Source of the DNA: Octopus sinensis
Taxonomy: Eukaryota
Reading direction: 5' to 3'
Assembly: GCF_006345805.1 (NCBI RefSeq)
Contig: NC_043001.1
Location: forward strand, 43,524,001 to 43,588,000
DNA: 64,000 bases
Part shown: piece after piece, positions 24,630 to 39,130 of the stretch
Numbering within the stretch: position 1 is the first letter of the stretch
Layout of the letters: the number at the start of each line of letters is the position of its first letter
Made by a program: the position numbers and the translations under genes
Notes under the pieces: generated by a model
Seen by the model: the letters and a program-made list of their open reading frames with translations, nothing else
Told to the model about the DNA's origin: nothing
Database searches by the model: none

Positions 24630-27152
24630 AGAGGTTTGCAGGTGCCACTATGAAAGGTTGCTCAATAAAGAGGATGAATGGGAGAAAGAAAGTCTGCCGA
24701 ATGTCGATCCAACAAAGGGACCTGCTATCTGAGTTGACAGTACCTTGGTAGATAAAGCAATTAAGGATATGAAGACAGGGAAAGCCCTGGGCTCATCAGG
24801 AGTCACTGCAGAGATGCTCAAAATATCTGGCGGTGTTGGCTATAGCTTAGTCACTCGTATAGTTAACCAGGTGATACATGAAAGGAGTCATACCCAATGA
24901 CTGGTGTAGCAGCACCATAACCAACTGCTACAAAGGTAAAGGTGACACTTTAGATACAAATAATTACAGAGGTATCAAGTTATTGGATCAGGTAATGAAG
25001 GTCACGGAGAGGGTCATAGCCCAACTAATTAAGGAGAGAGTCAGTCTAGATGAGATGCTGTTTGGGTTTGCGCCAGGGAAAAGCACCACTGATGCTATAT
25101 TTCTGGTAAGACAGCTGCAAGAGAAATACCTAGCCAAAGATAAACCTCTGTACCTGGCTTTCGTTGACATGGAGAAAGCCTTTGAGAGGGTCCCCCAGTC
25201 TCTTATCTCGTGGTCAATGAGGAAACTAAGGTTAGATGAATGGTTAGTGAGAGCTGTGCAAGCCATGTATAGGGATGCTGTCAGTAAGGTGAGAGTTGGC
25301 AATGAGTACAGTGAAGAATTCTGAGTAGGGGTAGGGGTCCACCAAGGATCAGTCCTCAGGCCCCTCTTATTCATCATATTCCTCCAGGTAATAACAGGGG
25401 AATTCAAGACAGGATGCCCCTGGGAACTTCTCTATGCTGATAACCTTGCTCTAATTGCTGAGTCACTATCAGAATTAGAGGAAAATTTTCAGGTGTGGAA
25501 GCAAGGATTAGAATCAAAAGGCCTTAGAGTCAACCTAGCAAAAGCCAAAGTCCTAATTAGTTGGAAGGAAGACAAACTACAAATCCCTTCAGGTTGATGG
25601 CTCTGCTCGATATGTAGAAAAGGCATAGCTAGAAACTCAATAAGATGTACCCAGTGTAAGCTATGGACACATAAGAGGTGCAGCAATATCAAAGGGAGGC
25701 TAACTGGGAAGATAGTTTTTGTATGTGGCAAATGCTTAGGTGCTATAAACACAGAAAATGTGCAGAGAACAACTTCTTCCACATTCCGGGGAGAAAAACT
25801 AGAAGTAGTTGATAGCTTCCGTTACCTAGGTGACCAAGTCAGTAGCAGGGTGGATGCTCTGAAAGTGTAGCTGCTAGAATAAGAATAGTCTGGGCAAAGT
25901 TCAGAGAGCTCCTACCTCTGCTGGTGACAAAGGGCCTCTCGCTCAGAATAAAAGGTAGACTGTATGACGCATGTGTGCGAACAGCCATGCTACATGGCAA
26001 TGAAACATGAGCCATAACTACTGAGGATATGCGTAAGCTCACAAGGAATAAAGCCAGTATGCTCCGCTGGATATGTAATGTCAGTATGCATGCACGACAG
26101 AGTGTAAGCGCCCTGAGGGAAAAGTTGGATTTAAGAAGCATCAGATGTGGTGTGCAAGAGAGATGACTGTGCTGGTATGGTCATGTGTTGTGAATGAATG
26201 AGGGCAGCTGTGTGAAAAAGTGTCACAACCTAGCAGTTGAGGGAACCTATGGAAGAGGTAGACCCAGGAAAACCTGGGATGAAGTGGTGAAGCATGATCT
26301 TCAAACATTGGGCCTTACCATGGCAATGACTGGTAACTGGGACCTTTGGAGATATGCTGTGCTTGAGAAGACCTGACAAGCCAAGTTAGACCATAGCCCA
26401 TGGCCTATGCCAGTGGGTGTAACCAACCCATTTATGAATACCCCTCATTCATTAGACAATAAACCTTGCTTGTGAAGACCTATTGAGGCAAGTGAAATCA
26501 AAATCAAAATCAAAGTTGCTGATGTGGCCGATGACAGAACTACCTGATTGGCACTCGTGTCAGTGGAACGTTAAAAGCACATCCAAATGTGGTGGTGTAA
26601 CCGGCCCATTTATGAGTACCCCTCATTCATTGGGCAATGCACTTTGCTTACGAAGACCTATTGAGGCAAGTGTAAACAAATCAAAATTGCTGATGTGGCC
26701 GATGACAGTACCGCCTGATTGGTACTTGTGCCAGTGGAACATTAAAAGCACATCTGAGCATGATCGTTGCCAGCGCCATGGATTCGCTCCCATACCGGTG
26801 ACATGTGAAAAGCACCATTCAAGCCTGATCGTTGCTAGCATTGCCTTACTGGCACATGTGCCAGAGGCATGTGAAAAACAACATTTGAGTGTGGTTGTTG
26901 CCAGTGTTACTGGACTGGCTCCCATGCAGGTAGCATGTAAATACACCTTTTGAGTGTGGTCATTGCCAGAACCGCCTGACTGGCCCTCATGCTGGTGGCA
27001 CATAAAAAGCACCCACTACACTCTCAGAATTTGCATCCAGCTGTAGAATTTTTGCCAAGTCAGATTGAGCCTGATGCAGCCTGTGGCTCACCAGTTCTCA
27101 GTCAAACTGTCCAACCCATACCAGCATGGAAAGCGGATGTTAAACGATGATG
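24630..27152 (+). mobile_element. RTE-clade LINE, 5'-truncated and degenerate, with repetitive 3' UTR and (GAT)n end
   Basis: NYRGIKLL, FGFAPGKSTTDAIF, AFVDMEKAF, GVHQGSVL, LLYADN, FRYLG, WYGHV and RGRPRKTW motifs. Stops include apparent CGA>TGA changes. The 3' end matches dispersed tail copies. Confidence 0.92.
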
Positions 27153-29521
27153 GATTTAGAGATAATCAACATCATCATCATGGTGTTTTTTTAAATGAAG
27201 ATATTTTGGAACTTTTATTATTTTATATATAGTAAATAAATTTCAAGGTTCTTGGAAGTTTGTTATTTTTAATGTGAGAAAAATAGGGAAACACTTTGTG
27301 TGAAGTATTTAGTGTCTCTAGTTATTTTAGTGTAACTACTAGTAGCAGATTTCAGTACTTTCAAGTGGTTCTTATCAGTATAATTCAAGGAAGTGTTTGG
27401 CATGATTAAGAAATTTCAAAACTTGGATACATGACCTCACTTAAATGATTAGAATTATTTTCGAGTTGAGTAAAATATTCTTCTTTACCTCATGACTGAA
27501 AATATCACTCTTCCCCTATTTCCTTTTATCAAACTTTTTCCACTTCTGTCTCTCTTTGATATATATATATGCAGATGAGTCATGGGGCTAGGGTGATAAT
27601 GCTCTTATAAATTTGGGTAAAACAGTGAGGAAACTTTGGGCAAAGAAAATAAAGAAAAATCAGACAGAACAAGTAAAGGGATCAAGAAATTAGCAATGTT
27701 GGCAAATTAACTGCTAGTTAATGCTGGTTAATTCTTGATATTGATAAACAGCCCTTTTAAATTTCTTATATTTTTTTTTTCAGGAGTAGAAGAATTAACC
27801 CAATGCCTTATTTCTTTGAGTTATCTTCATTTTTATTTTCCATTCTTTATTTCATTCATTACTGAAAATCCTAGTTTTTATCTTTCTATATTTACTCTTT
27901 GTTGTTACAATGTTTGTATGACTTCTGAGGATGAAAAACTGAACACACTGTACAGTTTTCATTCCCCTACATATTTTTCTTTGTACTCCAAATCCAAACT
28001 GTACATTAATTTTCCTTATGGCCATGAAAGAAAAAGCCAATTGCAAATGGTTTTATTATCAATGCATCAAATGTGCAGGGTGTAGCAAACAGATAAACTG
28101 ATTACAAAGAAAAACATGCTAGGATGGTTTTTGTGCTGGTCAGACTTTTACATCAATACTCCATTCACTGAGTGTTTTTTGAAACAATATATTCAGTGCC
28201 AAATCTTTTAGATAAAGAAGAATAAGATGATAATGATAAAAGTGATATGTAACCCTTACAACTTCCTAGACTATCAAAAACAACTTTGTTAACAGTGAGA
28301 ATCACAGAAAGGATTTAAAAAATGAATCTAGACTATCTAGTTCTTAGCTTCTCTGAATCTGAAATTATTTCATATAATGAAAATGACAATGAAGTGAATG
28401 CTTTGCATGAATCCACACTATTTCTGTTGTCTCTGCAAATAAGCATTAGGAATTTGGTAAGCAGTGTAATTTAATCTGAAGCTGATATTCAATATTTCTT
28501 TCTCATTGCATTATTGAAATGTTTGTTATTGTTCTTTATTTGTGTGCTACATTGTGCATGTATAAAAGTTGAAATTTTCTAAGGAGGAATACTTGTTTTC
28601 ATAACTGCTACTATCTTTGTGGGAGCCTCCTCTACTTCCACTTTATTGAATGGCCATATGAATAAATTCCAAAAAAGTTTCTTATAGCAAATCATCCAAA
28701 ATGTTAAGACATTTTCTTCCTCAAACAGGGGAAAATACAAGACTTCTCATCTTTGTATATAATGGCTCTACACAAACACAACAACAAAAAAACTCATCTC
28801 GTTTATAAACTGATCCAAGATATTTTTTCTTAGACACCTCAACTCCACCTCTAGCAATTCCAAATAATGATAATAATTGCTTACATAGATATATGGTTTC
28901 AAATTCAGGGGGTCAGAGAACAGTCACTTGAATGTTACTTTATTTTATTAACCCCAGAAACATGAAAGGCAAAACTGAATCTGGCAGCATTTGAAATCAG
29001 AATGATTATAACTAAATGCCAGAAAGTAATTTTTTGGTGCTCTATTAACTTGCCATCTAACAGCAACAACAACATGCAAAAATGTATGTTCCTGTGTTAT
29101 TTGTACAATGATAATGAGCTTACTGTATACAGTGCTCAAGTGCATTACAACTTGTCTGAAAATGGTAAAAGAGGGGACAGAAAGCAGCAATAAGTTTAGT
29201 AAAGACATTAATCATAGTCAAAATGTATGCTATGTACACAAAATGAATATGTTGTAATTGTTGCTTAGCCCCAGCTCAGCCCTGATCAAAAGATATTCCC
29301 ACTGTAACCATTCTGCCTTTTTTTCTGACTTTATTTAACCAGAGCTATATTAAGCAAAATGTATCCATTTTTAAGACTGTGGGGGTGATTCTTGAGAGAA
29401 GCTTGGCTGATATTTCTAGCAGGTTGAGTGATTTTACACAGCAATTACTTTTTACCTCATGACAAAGGGGAAAACCAAGTTGATCACATCTTCAATGTTT
29501 TTAAGTTATTTGAATATACAT

Positions 29522-29670
<149 letters not shown>

Positions 29671-30596
29671 CATTTTGTTGTGTGTACTGGGCATTTATAT
29701 TTCTCAAAATATAAGCTGACAATATTCCACTCGGTCATTCATCTCTAAATATTTCTTTAGCAGCAGTAATAGCAGCTGGCCATTTTTTCCATTTCCAACA
29801 GATTATTGAACTTTTGTCTGAAATTGGATTGTTGGAATCCCATCACAGAGACTGTACTTTGTTGTGATATTTAGCTCCTATTGAATCTGGCCATTTAACT
29901 GCTAATTTTCTAAAGATATATTTGAACACATAACTGTTAGCAGTGGAAGTAATAAATAATTCGTGAATATTTCATTTACTTGCACTGTCCTGAGTTTATT
30001 TCCTCTTATTTCTCTTATGAAGCCCACACCATGATACAAGCGTGCGTGCACGCCCCAATCGTTTATATTTCTAAGGAATCACAAAATTGGAAATACTTGA
30101 TTATTAGTTTTCTTCACCACCTCCCCACAAAAACACAACAAATATCAAATTCTAGAAGGATGTAATTTTCAGATTTATATCAGAAATTTGTATAAATTTG
30201 TATTTTTGTAACCTTAAGAGAAATGTTTTAGTTTCTATATTATATGCTTATTGTCCGATCCCCATATACTGCATTAATATTTCTCATACTTATCATTGTG
30301 TTGTTGCCTTTATTGAACTCATAATGCAAAATATGTGAAATATACTTCTTTGTCACTTCCATTATAGCTTTGAAAAACTAACTGTTAAATTGAACTGCAC
30401 TCTTCAAAACTTGCACTAAGAATAAGGACAAGGTAAAATTACTACCTATTTTTATAGCAAGTTGATGCAGGTAGTTTATCCCATGCCCCTCCGACTTTTA
30501 GTTCATGCAATTGAAAAAAACCACATGACTCAATACATATATATATGTATACGTGTGTATGTGTGTGTGTGTATGTGTGTATATATTATATATAAA

Positions 30597-30821
30597 TATC
30601 CCTTCTGGTCATTTCAATATGCGACCGTGTGTGTATCGTTGGTGATTTTCTTACTCTGTCTTCCCTTCCTTGGACCTTTCCTTTTTCCATGTTTCTGACG
30701 AAGAGCTCCGCTCGAAACGTTAAATCCTCCTTCTTTCTTTCCTTCCCTGAGCGTCCAGTAACACAATACTTGTTCCACGTCTTCACATAGTTGTGTCTTC
30801 TCTCTTTGTTCATGTTTGGAT

Positions 30822-30826
<5 letters not shown>
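30597..30826 (+). mobile_element. (TA)n-embedded short element with minimal hammerhead (30691-30725)
   Basis: gttt-CTGACGA-agagc(tcc)gctc-GAAA-cg-TT-aaat. A second copy lies at 62507-62725(-). Confidence 0.72.
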
Positions 30827-30867
<41 letters not shown>

Positions 30868-30869
30868 GA

Positions 30870-31360
30870 GTGCATAAGGTATTTGGGGACATACCTTTTT
30901 TGGGTCATTGCTGCATTTAATGCTAACTCTGTATAATCTTTGATTCAGAAAACAATAATGGCTGACCCTCAGCTTACTCAAGAAATGAAGAGTCATGATG
31001 TTATTGTGGCTATAAAGGCTGAGCATAGTGATTTAGAAATATCTAAATTTTTAAAAGTTGCCTGATCTTTTGTCTACAAAGTTTGTAAGGAGCTAGAGAC
31101 TGAAGATGGAAACCTGTCACCAGTATCAAAGCATTAAAAAAAAACATTCTAAACACTCTGAAGTCATCAGAATGCCAGAATTTATCCAGCAAGTTCAACA
31201 GACCATTGATTAGAATCCCATAAAATCCATGATGTCAATTGCAAAAGATCTCCATGTGTCAGAAAGAACAGTCAGAAATGTTGTCCATGAAGACATCAAA
31301 TATGAGTCTTATATGATGAGGAAAGGTCAATTTGTCAGAAAAAGCAAAAGAAAATCACTA
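30870..31360 (+). mobile_element. maT/DD37D-like Tc1/mariner transposase N-terminal fragment
   Basis: MADPQLTQEMKSHDVIVAIKAEHSDLEISKFL...NPIKSMMSIAKDLHVSERTVRNVVHEDIKY (HTH), with stops. Confidence 0.65.
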
Positions 31361-32020
31361 CATAGTAGTACTAGTACTTTCTTTACTGATATAAGGATAG
31401 CTAAGGGTTTTTCTTGGCTTTGGTAAGAAAGGGAAATAAACTGATTTGAATCAAACTGAATTTGTTGATTTAGTTCCTTTCACTTTTGATAGAAATTACA
31501 ATAACAACAACAACAACAACAACAACAATGATTGACAATAATGTCAATATGAAAAATAAGAATAACAACAATAAGGAAATATTTCATAGTTATCTATGAA
31601 ATATTTCCTTACCAAAGTTTTGTTTTTCTGATAGTGTGACTTTAATGTGCATAGTATCAGATAAGAATTTTTCCCATTAGTTTAATTTAAAACTAACATA
31701 CAATATTACACCCTAGACCAAACCACATTAAATATTTTCTGATATTAGTAGCTCCCTAGAAGATAATAATAAATGAAAACAACCAGAATACTTTAAATGC
31801 CACTGTCAGCATTTAACACAAGAATTGACTTAGATTAGTCCCACTTCGGAAAGAAAACCTGTTACTATGTTTTGACATGCCTGCTCGCAGTTAATGTATT
31901 TCTTGAAGGAGGCGCCATGGAGTTTTACTGAAACTGTTTATAATGTGTACATTTTTTTCTTTTCTATATTTTGAAATCCAAGATTATTTTGTTGGAAGGT
32001 CAATTAGAGTGTATATGTAT

Positions 32021-32079
<59 letters not shown>

Positions 32080-32202
32080 TGTATGTATGTATGTATGTAT
32101 ATATATATATATGTGTGTGTGTGTATATATATATGTGTGTGTGTGTGTGTATATATATATATGTATATGTGTATGTATATATATATATATACATACATAA
32201 AT

Positions 32203-32243
<41 letters not shown>

Positions 32244-32392
32244 GCAGTTATATGAAGAAGCAATGCTGTTTCCTTTTCCTTGAATCTATCTACTTGGTTT
32301 TCTGTTATTGCCCTTGAAAAAGGAAAGACATCACACACTGTATTATGTCATCTCTCCCATTAAGAAATAAATAGTCATATTTTTATTTGTAA

Positions 32393-32775
32393 CTAGCAGT
32401 ATCGCCCGGCGTTGCTCGGGTTTGTAAGGGAAATAACTATAAAGCATTTTTAGAGAGTTATAGCCAAAAAATAGCCAAAAAATGGAAAAAAACTATGGTA
32501 AATTTTTTTTGAGAGTTAAAAAGGTCGAGTTGCGTCCCCTAGACAGTCTGTGGTTTGTGTTTCTGATTCTCGACCCCATGTCGAATTTATCAATTTTTTT
32601 CAGAACTAGGGGAACTTTTCAAAATTTTCGCTGCGTTAGTTTTGAATTATGACATTGGGCTATGTGTGTGTTAAGTTTCATCAGAATCGGTTGAAAGCCG
32701 TGGTCAGGGTGAGGGTACAACCTGACAGACACACAGACACACAGACAGACAAACTGCCGTTTATATAGAGAGAGA
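32393..32775 (-). mobile_element. Non-autonomous Helitron (young)
   Basis: 5' TC, 3' hairpin cccg-agcaacgc-cggg then CTAG. Near-identical to 45599-45968(+). Confidence 0.85.
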
Positions 32776-32967
32776 TACTATTTATTGAAGTAATTCTTTT
32801 TTTGAAACAGTGGATCTTCAAGTGCATAAAGCTATAAAAACAGCTAGTAAATATTGGATTGAAAAACCCTTTTGAATAGATAAGGCCAAAGGCTGCTTTT
32901 GAGCTGTTTCTATCCAAAAGGAATTTTCAACCCAATATTTACTAGGTATTATTTTTAGCTTTATTTA

Positions 32968-33400
32968 AGGCGGTGAGCTGGCAGAAACGTTAGCACGCCG
33001 GGTGAAATGCTTAGCAGTATTTCGTCTGCTGTTAAATTCTGAGTTCAAATTCCACCAAGGTCGACTTTGCCTTTCATCCTTTCGGGGTCAATAAATTAAG
33101 TACCAGTTATGCACTGGTGTCGATGTAATCGACTTAATCCCTTTGTCTGTCCTTGTTTGTCCCCTCTATATTTAGCCCCTTGTAGGCAATAAAGAAATAA
33201 GAATTGTTAGCATGCCAGACAAAATGCTAAGCAGCATTTCATTTATCTTTACATTCTGAGTTCAAATTCCACCGTGGTCGACCTTGCTTATCATCCTTTG
33301 GAGTTGATAAAATAAGTACAAGTTGAGTACTGGGGTCAAAGTAATTGACTTATCCCTCCCCCAAAATTGATGGCCTTCTGCCAAAATTTGAAACTATTAT
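32968..33400 (+). mobile_element. SINE family A copy followed by an older truncated copy
   Basis: Head and Meta-like body with CpG decay. Other monomers at 24270-24480, 35630-35830, 38736-38950, 47225-47425 and 47835-48040. Confidence 0.8.
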
Positions 33401-35039
33401 TTATAGCTTTATGTGCTTGAAGATCCACTGTTCCAAATAAGAATTATTCCATAGTCTCTTGAAAGTTTATCAGTTCTTATGACATTAACTATTTATTAGA
33501 GTTCTGATTTTGAATCTAGGTTGGTTGAAATTATACTTAAAACAAGGAAGAAAAATTATTTGCAATAAATGCAGAGTAAAAAATATCATCTTTATCTATC
33601 TAATAAATTGGCAATTTGGTATATACATCACCATAAATTTTCAGAACAAAATAAACAATAACAAATGTATGAAACTAACATACAACCTTTTTCAATGATG
33701 TTTTCATTGAGTCATATATCTCATCTATGGAACACAAAGTTAATTATCATTTTTATTTACAAGTTCATTTCCAGTGTATCAATATTCCATGCCTAAAGTG
33801 TGATGAAAAGATCTCAAAAATGAGATACATATGTATATACACACACATACACATGCACACACTCACACACACACAACACACGCACTCACACACACACACA
33901 CACACATTTTAATTTTCTACTGCAAGTAAAAAACAGAGTGAGTGCATTTTTTCTTTGCATAGGAAATCTGAATACTCTATAATGTATATTTTGCCTCATG
34001 TGTCTGCTTCCCTGAGACCTTCTTCCCTGGATTTCTACCACTGCTGACACAGCCTCCTATCTAGGTCTATCAAATTACATTCAATTTGGATTGTACTGAC
34101 TATATTCATTATCATGATAAAAAGTGGTGAATTGGCAAAAATTTGTAGGGCACCAAAATTAATGCCTTTCACCATTTAATTCTGTCTTTCTATATTCTTA
34201 CCAACTTGTCAATGTTGCCCTTAGTAATATTACTTGTCTGCAGAAAATATGTTGGTGTTGATTCAATACACTTTTTGAAAATAGCCTTCTGGTATTTTTA
34301 TTTAGAATGGCCTTCTTTTGCTTTATTAATTTAATAGGACCTACCCCCTCTCTCTCTCTCTCTCTTTTTCAAGTGAAATGGGCATCCAGCCATTGAAACC
34401 AAGTCAAAACAGACTATGGAAGCTGGTGTGATCCCTTGGCTTTGCCAGTTCCTGTCAAGCTGTCCAACCCATGCCCAGTATGGAAAATGGAAGTTAAATG
34501 TTGATGATAATGATGAGAATGTATGTATGTATGTATGTATGTATATATGTATGCATGCATAGTATTTCAGACAAATAATATCAATGAGGTGGAAGTATAC
34601 TCCAATCTGTGTATAATTTTATCTGTTGTTGGAACACCATGGTTGGCAGGAATTTAGAGTCTAGTGTACCATGCTAGCACATTGTATGTTGACTCAGATG
34701 GGTAGTTGATTGAATTAACTCCAGTACTTGACTGATACATCAGCTTATTGCTTCTGGAATGATAAAAGACAAAAGTTGACACTGTGGGATTTGAACTCAG
34801 AATGTAAAGAGCAGGAATAAATACCACAAGGCATTTTGTCTGGTGCTCTAATGATTTTGACAATCCACTGCCCTAGTCCGGTATTTTATTTTATCTACCC
34901 CAGAAGGATGAAAGGCATAGGTGACACCTGCTGGGTTTAATCTCAGAATATGAACTTATTGTGTTTACATCAGCCCTGAAACTGTTGCAGCCATCATACA
35001 GTGTTATGATAACTTGGTTGATAAAAAACTGCTAGAGTC

Positions 35040-35240
35040 AAGTGAAATTGTAGTTGTACTGGTGACATGTAAAAGACACCCACTACACTCGGAGTGGTTG
35101 GTGTTATGAAAGGCATCCAGTTGTAGAAACCAAGCCAAAATCAGATTGGAACCTGGTACAGCTCCTGGCTTACCAGTTCCAGTCAAGCCGTCTAACCCAT
35201 GCCTGCATGGAAAGCAGATGTTAAATGGTGATGATGATGA
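35040..35240 (+). mobile_element. RTE LINE 3' tail fragment
   Basis: cacccactacactc..ggcatccag.tgtagaaac..aacccatgcc.gcatggaaagc..gttaaa..gatgatg matches 27010-27152. Other copies at 34380-34515(+), 57860-58005(-) and 59728-60195(-). Confidence 0.8.
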
Positions 35241-35884
35241 ATTGCCATTTGTTTCTAATACTGAAACAAATTCTAATGAGGACGCCTTTATGAGGTCATT
35301 TGATCTACTGGAAACAGCAGCCAAATCTCCCTCATATAACATCCATCCCTCTGACAAAAATGGTGGGGAATAAACATGGATAATGCATGCCTAGATATAC
35401 TGAAAAAGACAAAAGCTGAGACGAATATATAATTGAATAATGTAACCCTAGAGATACAAAAAGGCAGTTGCTCATGGCTGGAATGGCATTGACCATAGAT
35501 TTGTTCAATCATAGATGATGTGGGTTTAAACAGCAATAACCCAATATAGAGCTAGATGTACATCCAGCATATTGTTTGGTGCTAATGAGGCTGTTGCTAT
35601 TTATACATAACCAATATTTAGTGCACAAGAAGGTAGCAAGCTGGCAGAATTGTTACTGTACTGGAAAAAATGCTTAGTGACATTTCTTCTGACTTTAAAT
35701 TTCAATTTCAAATACCCCCAGGGTCGACCTTATCTTTTATCCTTTTGATGTCAATAAAGTAAGTACCAGTTGAGCATTTGGGTCAATGTAATCGACTTTC
35801 TCCCTCCCACTAAATTGCTGGCCTTATATTTTTAATTTCACACATGCACATTGTTTGTTTTTGATTTTGTTGACTGCACAGTAT

Positions 35885-36648
35885 AGTAGGGTCAGTTGGG
35901 CATCGTCTGTGAGAAAAACAGCACCATGACGCAATTCACTCTGCCAGAAATTTGGAAATGACATGCTGTTTTCCTTGAAATTCATGCCAGAGGCTCCAAT
36001 ACAACCATTTCAGAATGTTTGGGTGACAATCTGAGGACAGTGCATGTACTAAGAGTGATAAAAATCAAACATCCAGTCAACATCATGGTGTTTGGAGTGA
36101 TCACTAGTGTGCCTCCATTGATCATATGTTATGCCACCATTCATCTTCCCACACGACCTCAGACTCAACATGGAGGTCAACATCAAGTGCCTGGAGGAGG
36201 TAGTACTGCTCTGGGTTAAGAGGGTGACTACTGGAAGTCCCCATGTCTGGCAACAGGAGTCTGCACCATACCATACAAGCTGGAGAACACAGTCATAGCT
36301 GTCAGACAATTTCTGTAGCCACATCACCCCTAACATCTGGCCACCTCACTCCCCAGATTGCTATCTCCTTGATTATTATGTGTGGGGCACAATTGAGTGA
36401 GAGACCAACAAAACTCCTTGTAACACCAAAGATGAACTGAAGGCAAAAATTATGGCAGCATTCACCAACTTAAACATGGAGATCGTCCAGAAGAGTTGCA
36501 GGTGATTCCAAAGGCGTCTGGAGGCCGCAGTTGAAGCCAATGGCAATTTTATTGAATAAATTTACTCTTTAGCATTTCAAGATATTTTTACGTAATTTTG
36601 GTAAATATAGCTGTTAAAATGAGATATCAGTTTATTCACTACACCCTG
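35885..36648 (+). mobile_element. maT/DD37D-like transposon, internally deleted
   Basis: Across frameshifts: KHPVNIMVFGVITS...VWQQESAPYHTS...NIWPPHSPDCYLLDYYVWG. Ends cactacaccctg. Confidence 0.7.
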
Positions 36649-36735
36649 TGTGTGTGTGTGTGTGTGTGTGCGTGTGTGTGTATTATATATCTGAAAAAGA
36701 AGCATACTCTGAAGGATAGAGTAGTAATGTATTTA

Positions 36736-37058
36736 AAGACTCCGCCGGTTACGACGACGAGGGTCCCAGCTGATACGATCAACGGAACAGCTTGCTCGTG
36801 AAATTAACGTGCAAATGGCTGAGCATTCCACAGACACGTGTACCCTTAACGTAGTTCTCGGGGATAATCAGCGTGACACAGAGAGTGACAAGGCTGACCC
36901 TTTGAAATACAAGTACAACTCATTTTTGCCAGCTGAGTGGACTGGAGCAACGTGAAATAAAGTGTCTTGCTCAAGGACACAACGCGTCGCCGGGAATCGA
37001 ACTCACAACCTTACGATCATGAGCCGAATGCCCTAACCACTAAGCCACGCGCCCTCAC
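36736..37058 (-). mobile_element. tRNA-derived SINE with CORE-like body and family C tail
   Basis: A/B boxes; body gtgtccttgagcaagacacttta..gctccagtccactcagctg; TSD ta(g/a)taatgtattta at 36722-36735 and 37059-37072. Confidence 0.85.
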
Positions 37059-39130
37059 TAATAATGTATTTACATACAGTTAAATGTATGTCCGGGCATA
37101 AAGTTATTACTCACCATTCCAGTTATGTTTTAATACTCTATGACCAGGCATATATTTATCTGCATGTAAATATATATATATATGCACACATTAATATATG
37201 AGGATAAACTAATATTTGTATTTTCAAATAGCTTGGTAGCTGACTGCCTTGAGTTCAGTTCTTGTTTAGATAAACTATATATTTAATCTTTTTAGACTTA
37301 GTGAAACAATCCTAACCCTAACTACCCAGCTTGGACAGGGGTGGATTTTTTGTATATCAGCTATGCAGACTTGAATATCATCACTTTCATTAATGAGACA
37401 ATACAATGAGTTGTATTCATTGTGCCAAAGGAATTTAAAGACAAGAATAGGATTATCACACACACACTATTGTCCCATCATCTCCACTGATATCGTGATC
37501 TGACTCAGTGTTAGTTGAAACACTAAGATGAATGAATGAATAGAAGGCCAGAAAGAGGAAAGACAAGAATCTTGCAGTAACAAAGATCTTGTTTGTTCCT
37601 ATATGATAAATGAAATTATCAAGCCATTCTTTGGGGAGAAGAAAAAATGGGGAAATTCCCAAGTTATTCTAAACTAGTCAAAACATAACTAGTGGTTGAA
37701 AAACATTATTTCTAACAAATTACAACAGAGACAAAGTAACAAAACATAACTCTGGAATGGTGAGTAATAACTATGGATATAAAAATGTGAAAAACATGTT
37801 TAAAATATGATCACAGCTAGTCTGCTTTGCCACACTGTTCAGTCACTATAAAAGAAATGCTTTATCACAAAATATGGTCACTTAGAAATTTAGTATTTTA
37901 GAGATGTAGGAAATATTTTTTCCACTTTTCAGTTTTTTAAATTAGAACATTTTTATAAAAAACATAAACATCTTTTCTTAAGAAATTTTTGAAACATCCT
38001 GGCAGTGGACAATCTGTCTATTATCCTGTTGTATGTTTTGCCTTCTGTTATAATTTGATACTTAACCGTCATGATTATCTGTCTACAATAATAAAACAGT
38101 TCTCCTCTCAGTATAAATTAGTTTCTCTGGCATAGTTATAATCTAAGTCTTGTTTTCTTTTTATATGTCCACTTCTTATACAATCATTGCTTTGTGCTTA
38201 CAGAAGACTAGATATCTCTAGAGATTGATATGTTGGAATGAATTACTAAAAATCAACACAGAATAAAGTTAGAATGAACAGAAAAACAATCCCAAAGAAA
38301 TTGATATGTTAGATTTTATATTTTAATATTTTCACATGCAATTAAAAGATGAAAAAAAATTCCCTTTTCACATCATTTAAGTGGCAGCTGGATAAAAGAT
38401 TCTATATTAAAATGAATTTTCCTCTCAACGACCCCATGTAGTTTTGCTTCACTTGTGTTAAGGTCAATGTAAACTCTTTAGTGAGAACTAAATTTTTGTC
38501 AAATGCTAGATTTACAGAAAGTTTTATTCATTTTTGCCATTCCATAAGTTATAGATGGAGTCACTAGAGTGTTTGTAACAGAATGGATTGTAGTATTTGT
38601 TTTGGATTTCTCTGTTCTGAGTTCAAATCCTGCCAGGATAAACTTTCCTATTAGCTGAAGCTACTCTAAAAATGTAATAAAATAGTTTAAGCTATAATCT
38701 GTGCTTACCATATATTAATATAACATCTATATTTAAGGCAGTGAGCTGGCAGAATTGTTTGCACACTGGCAAAAATGCTTAGCAGCATTTCGTTTGTTTT
38801 TACTTCTGGGTTCAAATTCTACTGAGGGTTGACTTTGCCTTTCATCCTTTTGGAGTCAATAAAATAAGTAACAGTTAAGCACTGGGGTCAGTGTAATCAA
38901 TTTAGCCCCTCCCCTGAAATTACTGGCTTTCTGCCAAAATTTGAAACTAATATTACATCCATATTTTCCATGTCTACTCAGACTATATACAATGTTTAAT
39001 CTTGAGCAAGTTTCTCTATTAATTAATTTCCCACAACTACCTATTCATAAATCTCATCCTAAAACTCTGAAGAATTAACTCTTAATAGTGAGAGTTTCTA
39101 ATTTTTCGATAACTGTTATATTGTGTTTAT

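Noticed and set aside
26420-27010. Regularly spaced repeats resembling a CRISPR array
   Set aside because: Degenerate tandem repeats in the RTE 3' UTR; no unique spacers or cas genes; eukaryotic context.
37275-38090. Possible piggyBac relics or exons (acidic SDHDISGDD stretch, Cys-rich stretch)
   Set aside because: Too degenerate; no matched TIR/TTAA pair or catalytic motifs.
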